Assembly: GCA_041675285.1 (NCBI GenBank) | Contig: JBAYTZ010000014.1 | Coordinates: forward strand, 22,891-86,890 | Direction of reading: 5' to 3' | DNA: 64,000 nt | Source: Candidatus Delongbacteria bacterium | Lineage (GTDB): Bacteria > CAIWAD01 | In this document: piece by piece, positions 1-7,976 of the stretch | How positions within the stretch are numbered: the first letter of the stretch is position 1 | Layout of the letters: every line of letters starts with the position of its first letter | Program-made: the position numbers and the translations under genes | Notes under the pieces: generated by a model | What the model was told of the DNA's origin: nothing | What the model saw: only the letters and a program-made list of their open reading frames with translations | The model's database searches: none

Positions 1-4
1 GTCC

Positions 5-391
5 GTGGGCGAACTGCTGGACAAGATGTCCATCCTGCGCATCAAGCTGGTGGAGATCCAGGATCCGGCCAAGCGCCAGAATGTCCGCCGCGAGCTGGAC
101 GAGCTGGAGGCCGTGGCCCGGACGCATGGCCTTGCCCATCCGGAGCTGGAGCAGGGGCTGGACGAGGTGAACGCGGAACTCTGGCGCATCGAGGACGAGC
201 TGCGGGTGCTGGAGCGCGAGCAACGCTTCGACGCGCGCTTCATCGAGCTGGCCCGCGCCGTGTATTACACCAACGACCGGCGCGCCCGGCTGAAGCGTGA
301 ACTCAACGCGCACTTCGGCTCCGCGCTGGTGGAGGAGAAGCAGTACGTGGAGTACGGCGGGCCGGTCCCGCCGGGGTCCTCCGGTCCATGA
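5..391 (+). CDS. conserved hypothetical protein, possibly 5'-truncated by the window edge; coiled-coil and charged, first gene of the LPS-core operon
   Basis: ORF-track protein with real-protein composition (MSILRIKLVEIQD...). Overlaps the downstream heptosyltransferase start by 4 nt (ATGA), indicating translational coupling. No recognisable catalytic motif. Confidence 0.5.
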   Translation: MGELLDKMSILRIKLVEIQDPAKRQNVRRELDELEAVARTHGLAHPELEQGLDEVNAELWRIEDELRVLEREQRFDARFIELARAVYYTNDRRARLKRELNAHFGSALVEEKQYVEYGGPVPPGSSGP

Positions 392-1482
392 TTCGCATCC
401 TGGTCATCCAACTGCGGCGCCTTGGCGACGTGCTCATGACCACGCCGCTGCTGCGCAGCCTGCGCGGCAACTTCCCCGACGCGCGGCTGGACTTCCTCTG
501 CGAACCCGGCAGCCGTCAGGTGCTGGAGCACAATTCCCTGGTGGATGAGATCCGGCTGCTGAGCGAGCGGCCCACGGGCGTGGACCTGCTGGACCTGGCC
601 ATGGAATTGCGACGGGCCCGTTACGATTGGGTGATCGACTGCCAGGGCCTGGCCAAGACGGGCCTGCTGGCGCGGCTGAGCGGCGCGCCCGTGCGGCTGG
701 GATACGGCGGCCGCTGGTGGAGGCCGCTGGTCTACAGCACGCGCTACGTGAGACACAACGCCGATTACAGCGCCCTGGACAAGCTGCGGCTGCTGGGGCG
801 GCTGCTGGACGAGGCCCACGCCCCCGATCCCCGCGACCTGGAGCTGGAGTTTCCCGTGGCGCCCCAGGCCCGCCAGGAGGCGGAGCTGTTCTGCCGCGCC
901 ACTTTCCAGGGCACGGCCAGCCTGCCCCCCGCCCGCCCGGGCGGACCCGCGCGCTGGCCCGTGGCGGCCCTGTTCGGCGTCAGTCGGCAACCCTACAAGG
1001 TCTGGCCGGCGGAGGCGCTGGCGGAGGTGGGCCGGCGGCTGGCTGCGGCGGGGCTGCGGCCCTTCCTGGTGCACGGGCCGGGCGAGGAGGAGGCGGCCCG
1101 GCGGGTGGCGGAGCGCATCGGCCCCGCGGCCCTGGTGGACTACCCCCTGCCCTCCTTTCCCGTGCTGAAGGAGATCCTGGCCCGCTGCGCGCTCTTCGTG
1201 GGCAACGACGGCGGACCCAAGCACCTGGCGGCCCTCTCCGGCATTCCCAGCGTGGCCGTCTTCGGCCGCGTGCACCCCGAGAGCTGGACGCGCCCGGGGG
1301 ACGCCACCCAGCGCTGGGTGGCCACGGCCTCGGAGACGCGCCGCCTGCCCACCCGCGGGCCCTGCGAGACGGCCCGCAGCCTGGAGGAGATTCCGGCGGA
1401 GAGCGTCTGGCGCGAAGTGGAGTCCCTGCTGCGCGGCCAGCCCCGCCTGTTCCAGTCCCAACGGGGAGCGCGGCGGCCATGA
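388..1482 (+). CDS. ADP-heptose:LPS heptosyltransferase (glycosyltransferase family 9)
   Basis: N-terminus MIRILVIQLRRLGDVLMTTPLLRSL is the hallmark GT9 (WaaC/WaaF-like) motif. C-terminal GNDGGPKHLAAL...VAVFG block. 364 aa. Stop overlaps the next start (ATGA). Confidence 0.85.
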   Translation: MIRILVIQLRRLGDVLMTTPLLRSLRGNFPDARLDFLCEPGSRQVLEHNSLVDEIRLLSERPTGVDLLDLAMELRRARYDWVIDCQGLAKTGLLARLSGAPVRLGYGGRWWRPLVYSTRYVRHNADYSALDKLRLLGRLLDEAHAPDPRDLELEFPVAPQARQEAELFCRATFQGTASLPPARPGGPARWPVAALFGVSRQPYKVWPAEALAEVGRRLAAAGLRPFLVHGPGEEEAARRVAERIGPAALVDYPLPSFPVLKEILARCALFVGNDGGPKHLAALSGIPSVAVFGRVHPESWTRPGDATQRWVATASETRRLPTRGPCETARSLEEIPAESVWREVESLLRGQPRLFQSQRGARRP

Positions 1483-2546
1483 GGATCCTCTACGTCAACA
1501 GCACGCGTCGCTGGGGCGGCGTCAAGAGCTGGTGCCTGCGGAGTGCCCGCAGCCTGCAGCAGCGCGGTCACGAACTGTGGGTGGCCGGCCGGACGGGCGA
1601 CCCCTTCCTGGACGCCTGCCGGGACGCGGACCTGAGCATCCTGCCGCTGGCCTTCGGCATGAGCTGGTCGCCCCTGCTGATCCTGCGCCTGCACGGCCTG
1701 ATCCGCCGCCTGGGCATTGAGGTAACGGTCTGCAACACGGGCCGCGACTTGTCCACCGCGGGAGTGGCCAGCCGGCTGGCCGGCGTGCCCGTGGTGCACC
1801 GGGTGGGCTCGGGCAGCGACTTCCCCGACAGCTGGGTCCGGCGCCGCACGCACCACCTGCTGGGAACGCGCCTGCTGGCCCCCGCCCAGGTGGTCAGGGA
1901 CGAACTGCTAACGAACTACAGCTGGCTGCGTCCCGAGGACGTGGCGGTGTCCTGGAACGGCGCGCTGGCCCCGGCGCGGCCCGCCCTGCCCGGACCGGCG
2001 GACCGGCTGGTCTGCCTGTCGCGGCTGGCGGCGGGCAAGGGCCTGGAGCCGCTGCTGCAAGCCGTGGACCAACTCCAGCGCGCGGGCCGGGTCCTGCAAC
2101 TGGATCTGGTGGGCGAGGGCCCGCTGGAGGCCGAGTTGAAGTCCCGCAGCCGGGAGCTGGGTCTGGACGAGAGCGTGCGCTTCCCCGGCTTCGTCCGCCC
2201 CGCGGCCGGCGTGCTGTCGCTGGCGGGAATCGGCGTGCTGCCTTCCCTGCGCGAGGGTTTTCCCAACACCCTGCTTGAATACTGGGCCGCCGGGCTGGCC
2301 GTGGTGGCCAGCGACCTGCCCGGCGTGCGCGAGGCCCTGGATGGGAGCGGCGCGGCCCTGCTGGTGCCGCCCGGCGACCCGGGCGCGCTGGCTCAGGCCC
2401 TGGGCCGCCTGCTGGACGACGACGGCTTGCGGCGGGAAACGGCCGCGGCCGGGCAGGCCCGGCTGGCCGAGCGCTTCACCAGCGTGCGCGAGGCCGAGCG
2501 CCTGGAGGCCTTCTACCAGGGCCTGATCGCCGAGCGTCACCCATGA
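1479..2546 (+). CDS. glycosyltransferase family 4 (GT-B fold)
   Basis: True start MRILYVNSTRRWGGV at 1479, in frame inside the longer track ORF 627..2546. C-terminal EGFPNTLLEYWAAGLAVVASDLPGVRE is the GT4 E-x7-E region. Confidence 0.8.
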   Translation: MRILYVNSTRRWGGVKSWCLRSARSLQQRGHELWVAGRTGDPFLDACRDADLSILPLAFGMSWSPLLILRLHGLIRRLGIEVTVCNTGRDLSTAGVASRLAGVPVVHRVGSGSDFPDSWVRRRTHHLLGTRLLAPAQVVRDELLTNYSWLRPEDVAVSWNGALAPARPALPGPADRLVCLSRLAAGKGLEPLLQAVDQLQRAGRVLQLDLVGEGPLEAELKSRSRELGLDESVRFPGFVRPAAGVLSLAGIGVLPSLREGFPNTLLEYWAAGLAVVASDLPGVREALDGSGAALLVPPGDPGALAQALGRLLDDDGLRRETAAAGQARLAERFTSVREAERLEAFYQGLIAERHP

Positions 2547-3778
2547 CGGATCCGGTGGCGCCGCGGCAGCTGGTCATCCTCTGCTACGTCCGCCTGGACC
2601 GCCCCGGCGGCGCCGCCTGGTCCCGCCTGTTGAATTACGCCCGGGCCTTCGTGGCGGCCACCGGCGGCCACGTCCACATTTTTTCCTCGCGCTGCCTGGA
2701 CCTGGGCGCGCCGCCCCTCGAGACGGGGGTGGCGGGCTGCCTGGCCCAGGGCCGAACCCTGCCTCCGCTCGCCTGGTGGGAACAGGGGTGGCCGCGCCGG
2801 CGCCTCCGCCGGTGGCTGCGGGAGGTGCTGGAGCGGATCCGCGCGCTGGGGGGCGAGTGCTCCGTGCTGGTGGTGCCCAACAACCACGAGCTGTGGGAGA
2901 ACCGGCTGACCCGGCGCACGCTGCAGGAGGCCGGGCTGGCCGTCTATCTGGAGAAGAACGAACTCGAGCTGGGCCTGGCCCTGCACCTGCGGGGCTTCCA
3001 GTGGAACCGGCTGGGCGACTGCCTGCGCGACTGGCTGCTCTTTCCCTATCAATTGCTCAAGGCCGCGCTGCTGGACCGGCAGATCTCCCGCTACCAGGGC
3101 GTGGTGGTGATTTCCCGCCGCCTGGAGGCCTGGGTCGCGCCGCGCAATCCCAACCTGGTGCGCGTGCCCGTGCTGATGGACGAGCCGGCGCCGCACGCTG
3201 CCGACCCGCCGCCCCCCGGCTTCCAGATCGGCTTCACGGGCAGCGTGAGCCAGCGCAAGGAAGGCTTGGGCCGCTTCATCCGGGTCCTGGGCGAATTGCG
3301 CGGACAACTGCCCGACGCCGAGCTGCAGATCTACGGCAAGTGGCAGACGCCGGAGGGGCGCCGGCTGCGTGCTTTGGTCCGCCGGCTGGACCTGGAGGCG
3401 CGCGTGCATTTCCACGGCGAGCGCTCCCTCTGCGAAATCCAGCGCGTGCTGGGAGCCCACCACCTGCTGATCCTGCCGCGGCCCCGCACGCTGCAGAACG
3501 AGTACGGCTTCTCCACCAAGCTGGCCGGCTACCTGGGCTCCGGCGTAGCCACCCTGGCCACGGCGGTCAGCGACAATGCCGACTACCTCCAGGACGGCGT
3601 GAACGGCTTTCTGCTGCCGTCGGACCGGCCGGAGCGCCTGCGCGCCAAGCTGCTGGAGATCTACGGGCGGCGTGGCGAGCTGGCGGCCATCGGCGAGCGG
3701 GGTCGGCAAACAGCGTTGCAGCACTTCCATTTTTCCCGCCACGGCGAACGCCTGGCGGGCCTGTTGCGGGGTCGTTGA
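2543..3778 (+). CDS. glycosyltransferase (GT4-like)
   Basis: 411 aa. C-terminal half FQIGFTGSVSQRKEGL...FSTKLAGYLGSGVATLATAVSDNADYLQDGVNGFLLP resembles the GT4/GT1 donor-binding domain. Start overlaps the previous stop. Confidence 0.7.
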   Translation: MTDPVAPRQLVILCYVRLDRPGGAAWSRLLNYARAFVAATGGHVHIFSSRCLDLGAPPLETGVAGCLAQGRTLPPLAWWEQGWPRRRLRRWLREVLERIRALGGECSVLVVPNNHELWENRLTRRTLQEAGLAVYLEKNELELGLALHLRGFQWNRLGDCLRDWLLFPYQLLKAALLDRQISRYQGVVVISRRLEAWVAPRNPNLVRVPVLMDEPAPHAADPPPPGFQIGFTGSVSQRKEGLGRFIRVLGELRGQLPDAELQIYGKWQTPEGRRLRALVRRLDLEARVHFHGERSLCEIQRVLGAHHLLILPRPRTLQNEYGFSTKLAGYLGSGVATLATAVSDNADYLQDGVNGFLLPSDRPERLRAKLLEIYGRRGELAAIGERGRQTALQHFHFSRHGERLAGLLRGR

Positions 3779-3819
3779 GCGGGCGGACCGCCGCTGACAG
3801 CCCGCCCGCTGGAGACCCG

Positions 3820-4710
3820 CTACTCGTCCTGCGGCCAGAAGTGCTGGATCACGTCCACCAGCGCCCCGGCCAGCGAGGCAACCGCCACGCCCTGCCAGTT
3901 CTGCGTCCGCTGCAGGGCGGTCAGATCGGCGAACACGCCCCACGAGCAATCTTCCCCCACATCCTGGCTGAACTCGAACCACCAGGCGACGGAGGCCGCC
4001 ATGCACGAGGCGCTCCAGTATTCGCGCAGATCGCTGTTGGCCTTGGAATCGGCGAAGTCCTGCCACTTCCGCACCTCGGCGGCGGCGATGCCGTTCTCCA
4101 GATCGCGCAGCAGGGCCGGCAGCTCCTTGTCGTGTGCGAAGGCCCCGCGGGTCGGCCGGTCCTGCCAGGTCCGCATGAGGTCGGCGTGGGTGGGCATGTC
4201 CTGCGGCGACAACTCGCCGTCCAGCAAGCGCTTGAACAGGTTGAGACAGACCTCCCGGTCCTGCCGGGAGAACTGGTCGGCCACGCCGCAGGCCGCGGCG
4301 GCCTCCTCCATGGCGCGAAGCAGGCCCTCGGGGTTGCGCTCGGCGTGGCGCCAGGCGCTCAGACTGGCGTTGTGGAAGGCCGCCCAGGCCGGCACGTCCG
4401 CCCGCTTGACGCTGAAGTTCGGCCCGCCCCAGTAGTAGAGGTCTCCCAGGGGATCCTCCGGCAGCTCGGGCTGGCACCAGCGCGGGAACCAGATGCAGAA
4501 CCACTTGGCGGAGAGGTCCTTGGCGAAGTCGGTATCGGAGCCTTGGGAATCCCAGCTCCCGCTGAGGGGCGTGGCGGCCTCTCCTTCGAAGGAGGGCGGA
4601 CAGCCGCCCACGGGCGCGAGATCGCAACTGGTGACGAGCACCAGCACGAGGCAGCTGATGAGCAGGAGGCCGGCGGCCACCAGAGTGGGTGTGCGTCGAT
4701 GGAAGCGCAT
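3820..4710 (-). CDS. hypothetical lipoprotein
   Basis: N-terminal signal peptide with lipobox-like LISC followed by a Cys-rich secreted domain. High-GC native composition. Confidence 0.5.
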   Translation of the reverse strand: MRFHRRTPTLVAAGLLLISCLVLVLVTSCDLAPVGGCPPSFEGEAATPLSGSWDSQGSDTDFAKDLSAKWFCIWFPRWCQPELPEDPLGDLYYWGGPNFSVKRADVPAWAAFHNASLSAWRHAERNPEGLLRAMEEAAAACGVADQFSRQDREVCLNLFKRLLDGELSPQDMPTHADLMRTWQDRPTRGAFAHDKELPALLRDLENGIAAAEVRKWQDFADSKANSDLREYWSASCMAASVAWWFEFSQDVGEDCSWGVFADLTALQRTQNWQGVAVASLAGALVDVIQHFWPQDE

Positions 4711-5001
4711 GATCAGTCCTCCGGAATGGGCAGCCGGAATCCACCCGGAAGGCAGTCCGGCTGCAGTACACGTGTCGCGGATGAGGGCCGCAAAGCGGCC
4801 TCGGAGGTTGGCCGGCCGGGAGTCGAGGGCCCGGGCGCGTCGAAGTCAGGGCCCGTTCAACGGCGGGTCCCACCGGGAGTTCCGGCCGGACTGCGCCGTC
4901 TGCAGCGGGCTGCGCGGAGTGTCGATGGGACGGGACAGTCGCCGGAAGCGCCGGTGTTGGTGGGGGCTGCCGGCGGCGCGCAGGCCGGATGGTAAAAACA
5001 G

Positions 5002-5033
5002 AGGGAGCCCCCAAAAGGGGTCCCTCTGCTTGT
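5002..5033 (-). terminator. stem-loop (CAGAGGGAGCCCC-loop-GGGGTCCCTCTG) with a T-run on the minus strand; sits exactly at the GC-content boundary of the island
   Basis: Near-perfect 12-13 bp inverted repeat seen directly. Minus-strand reading gives stem + TTTTTACC. No such U-run on the plus strand. Confidence 0.5.
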
Positions 5034-5189
5034 CACTGGAACAATTGGCTTTCATCCCTTCGTTGCAGCTAAATGCTTGATAGTCAAAAGGTTGAGTGTT
5101 TCATTCTTGTGACAATTTTGACCCGTCAAACGCCGGTCAAATGGGTCCTATCCCGGTCTGATATTTGAAGGGTAACGAGCGAGGTGAGG

Positions 5190-6353
5190 ATGCTGAGGAT
5201 TCGATTCACGAAAGCGGCCCTGGAGGCCCTGCAGGGGGATGGTGCGAAGCGCACGTGGGTGTTCGACGATCAGGTGCCCGCGCTGGCCTGCATGGTGACC
5301 CCCGCGGGCGGGAAGTCCTTCTACGTGGTGAAGCACCGCAAAGGGCGCACACACCAGGTGCGCCTCGGCAGCGTGCAAGAATTGGCGGTGGATCGCGCCA
5401 GGCGCATGGCCATCGACATGGTGATGGAGATTCTAGCGGGCAGGGGGCCCGCGCCGGCGCGCCAAGTTGTGGAGGACGTGCCAGCCGAGCTCACGCTGAT
5501 GGAGGCATTTGAGGAATACATGGCGCACGCGGCCACCCGGCGGCGAGACGTGACGCTGGCAGAGTACCGGCGTGCCTGGGACATGCACCTGAGCACGTTG
5601 CAGGGGCGCCCTGTGCGCGAGCTGCGGCGGAAGGACGTGGAGGCCCTGCATCAGCGAATTGGGAAGGACAACGGCCGTATCGCTGCCAACCGCCTGGTGG
5701 CCACGCTGAAGGCTGTCCTGCATCGCGCCATTGCCGTGCACGAACTGGGCATTCCCAACCCCGCTGCGCGCATCGAGTTCTTTGAAGAACAGGAGCGCAC
5801 GCGACGGCTGGAAGCCCACGAGCTGCCGGCGTTCCTGAAGGCAATAGACGAGGATCCCAGCCGCGACCTGCGTGACTTCATCTTGCTCCTGCTCTTCACG
5901 GGAGTGCGCAAGACCAACCTGCTCGCCATGCGTTGGGAGCATGTATCACGCGAGAAGGCGCTCTGGACGATCCCAGGTGGGGAGTCGAAGACCCACCGCG
6001 AACTCCATGTGGTCCTATCCTCTCACGCCATGGCCATCCTGGAGCAGCGCGCGGCTGGGCATGCTGGGCCTTTCGTGTTCCCTGGACGCCAGAAGGGACA
6101 CATGGCATCACCGCAGAACGGCTGGGACCGCATTTGCGTGCGGGCCGGCCTCACCGACCTTCACATGCACGACCTGCGCCGCAGCCTGGCTTCCTTTCAG
6201 ATCGACACAGGCACGCCGCTGGAGGTGATCCAAAAGACGCTGGGTCATGAGTCCAAGGTGACTACGGAGATCTACGCCAGACTGGCGCTCGATCCCGTGC
6301 GGGCGAGTGTGGAGCGGGCGACGGAAGAGATGCTGCGGGCGAAGAAGGACTAA
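5190..6353 (+). CDS. int: tyrosine site-specific integrase, P4-type (N-terminal arm-binding DUF4102-like domain + catalytic domain)
   Basis: N-terminus KAALEALQGDGAKRTWVFDDQVPALACMVTPAGGKSFYVVKHRKGRTHQVRLGS is typical of P4-like integrases. C-terminal catalytic motifs HDLRRSLASF...LGHESKVTTEIYARL (H-x-x-R ... Y). RBS GAGG upstream of ATG 5190 (the track used an upstream GTG at 5184). Confidence 0.9.
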   Translation: MLRIRFTKAALEALQGDGAKRTWVFDDQVPALACMVTPAGGKSFYVVKHRKGRTHQVRLGSVQELAVDRARRMAIDMVMEILAGRGPAPARQVVEDVPAELTLMEAFEEYMAHAATRRRDVTLAEYRRAWDMHLSTLQGRPVRELRRKDVEALHQRIGKDNGRIAANRLVATLKAVLHRAIAVHELGIPNPAARIEFFEEQERTRRLEAHELPAFLKAIDEDPSRDLRDFILLLLFTGVRKTNLLAMRWEHVSREKALWTIPGGESKTHRELHVVLSSHAMAILEQRAAGHAGPFVFPGRQKGHMASPQNGWDRICVRAGLTDLHMHDLRRSLASFQIDTGTPLEVIQKTLGHESKVTTEIYARLALDPVRASVERATEEMLRAKKD

Positions 6354-6376
6354 GGCCACCGCACAACTGGCGGTGC

Positions 6377-6502
6377 AGCCTGGCTCACTTCCAGATTGAC
6401 GCCAGAACGCCGCTTGAGGCGGTTTAGAAGGAGCTGGGGCACGAGTCCAAGACGACCACTGAGATCTATGCCAGGATGGCACCGGAACCCCGTTCGGGCT
6501 AA
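6377..6502 (+). pseudogene. degenerate duplicate of the integrase 3' end (integrase C-terminal fragment with an in-frame stop)
   Basis: Translation SLAHFQIDARTPLEAV*KELGHESKTTTEIYARMAPEP parallels the intact Int C-terminus SLASFQIDTGTPLEVIQKTLGHESKVTTEIYARLALDP. Roughly 75-80% nucleotide identity by eye. Confidence 0.6.
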
Positions 6503-6877
6503 TCATGAGCAAACGATAGAGCATGTTCGAATTCCAAAGGAGTAGTAGCTTCCTTGGTCTGATGCATCATCCGAATTGCCGGACTGCAATCGGGGCAAGA
6601 ATTCCGTTGCGTCCAATGTGTCTCTAATCTGATGCCCCGGTCCGTGCTCGGTTCGTACTTACATCCGAGGCAATGGCGGAATATGACAGAGCAAGTCTTG
6701 ACAAGTCCCCCCTCTCAATCCGTCTCGATAGCGAACCCGCGTAGGTCGCATAAAGCCTATCTCGTTATACTGCGCGCAGCGTGCTTTTTCTCTGACGGGT
6801 CAAGGGGATGCGCCAGTCACATAAGATCCTGCGGGGTTTTATCTAGACTGTCTAATTCTTAGTTATGCCGAAGCAAA

Positions 6878-7822
6878 TTGAAATGTGAGAACTGGAACAT
6901 GTCTGATACGAAGTTTAGGGAACTTAAATTCAGATTACGGCTTTGGACGAACCGAATGCGATTTCAGATTTTGCGTAGTAAGAGAGGAATGCCGCTGAGA
7001 CTATACCTTGATCTTAGGTATAGGAGATTTGTACGGTGGACTATTTGGATGTTGGCAATGACAGGTCTATTGTCATCGTTCATTTCTTTTCAATCAGTAG
7101 TTGTGGCGTTTGTCTTTGGTTTGGTATTGTTTATCCTTGGTAAGGTTTTTGAGTTTTTCGCCTTTGCGCATCCTGCCGCATTTCTCCACGCACTTCCTAC
7201 ATTTGATATTGATCCAGCAAAGTGGACGGGCATGGTGTTTGGATATGCTTGTCCACCTGACAAATCGATTCCTGATGTTCCACTTGTGGGAATGGCTATC
7301 TCCGATCATAGTTATGCGAGGCAGCTGTCAGAACTCTTATTAGTTTGGTCGGACCAAGAAAAAGACGACAAGGATGGTTGCATTGTGGTAAGAGTAATTA
7401 TTCTCAATGAATCTGAGTATATGATCATCTGCAGACCTGGGATAAATAGAAAGAGAGCGAAAGATTTTTTTGACTTGCAGCGCCAGAATCTCAGCAAAGT
7501 GTCATTGATGGATATCGTTGTCGAACACCATGGAATGATTGTGTTTGGAAAGCGATGTGTGATCACAGCAAGCTCGTTCTTCCCCAAGTTTCGCGAAAAG
7601 TATAAAGATGGGACACCGGTTATATTTGGCTTCTTTGACGCGGACCGTCCAGAACTGGGCTTCATTGATGCTCTACCGCAGTTTAGGTTGTCTTCGTTTT
7701 CAATTGTCCGAAAAAATGAGCTGACAAGGCATGACCCGGAATATGATTTGCTGCCGCTTTGGGAAACTGGTGGAGTTTGGCAAGGCCCAGGTGAGCCGCC
7801 TACTCGGAAATCTTCGGCATAA
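6878..7822 (+). CDS. cassette 1: hypothetical membrane protein (2 N-terminal TM helices + cytosolic domain)
   Basis: 314 aa. Hydrophobic stretches LAMTGLLSSFISF and VVVAFVFGLVLFILG. No recognisable catalytic motif. Confidence 0.5.
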   Translation: MKCENWNMSDTKFRELKFRLRLWTNRMRFQILRSKRGMPLRLYLDLRYRRFVRWTIWMLAMTGLLSSFISFQSVVVAFVFGLVLFILGKVFEFFAFAHPAAFLHALPTFDIDPAKWTGMVFGYACPPDKSIPDVPLVGMAISDHSYARQLSELLLVWSDQEKDDKDGCIVVRVIILNESEYMIICRPGINRKRAKDFFDLQRQNLSKVSLMDIVVEHHGMIVFGKRCVITASSFFPKFREKYKDGTPVIFGFFDADRPELGFIDALPQFRLSSFSIVRKNELTRHDPEYDLLPLWETGGVWQGPGEPPTRKSSA

Positions 7823-7944
7823 CATGTGCTTGCAGCCGACTTTGCGCCTGTCACGGCGCTTGCGAGAAGTGAGCGAAGAGGAAGACAAAGAAAGCTAAGG
7901 CAAGCGCCGCGCCAGGCGCGCCGCGGCTGAAGCCAACGTTATGT
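7817..7944 (+). repeat. attC-like site 1 (GCATAAC ... GTTATGT)
   Basis: Inverse core overlaps the TAA stop. Internal inverted repeat GCGCCTGTCACGGCGCTTGC / GCAAGCGCCGCGCCAGGCGC. Shares a conserved family sequence with sites 3 and 5. Confidence 0.6.
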
Positions 7945-7976
7945 GCAGTTGAAGTTGTCATGCAAAGGAACATAAA

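Noticed and set aside
265-5014. Long alternative-frame and antisense track ORFs in the GC-rich host flank (265..1461 -, 627..2546 + N-terminal extension, 980..1480 -, 1140..1856 -, 2537..5014 -, 2776..4995 +)
   Set aside because: Their translations are R/G/A/P-rich low-complexity sequence typical of wrong-frame translation of high-GC DNA. The sense-frame proteins carry clear glycosyltransferase motifs. The 627 start is an upstream extension of the real GT4 gene, which begins at 1479.
5014-6880. tRNA/tmRNA gene as integrase target, and an IntI-type integron integrase next to the cassette array
   Set aside because: I could not see a cloverleaf-compatible sequence or T-loop consensus (GTTCGAATC-like) in 4700-6880. 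The adjacent recombinase has the P4-type N-terminal arm-binding domain, which IntI proteins lack. An intI may exist outside the window.
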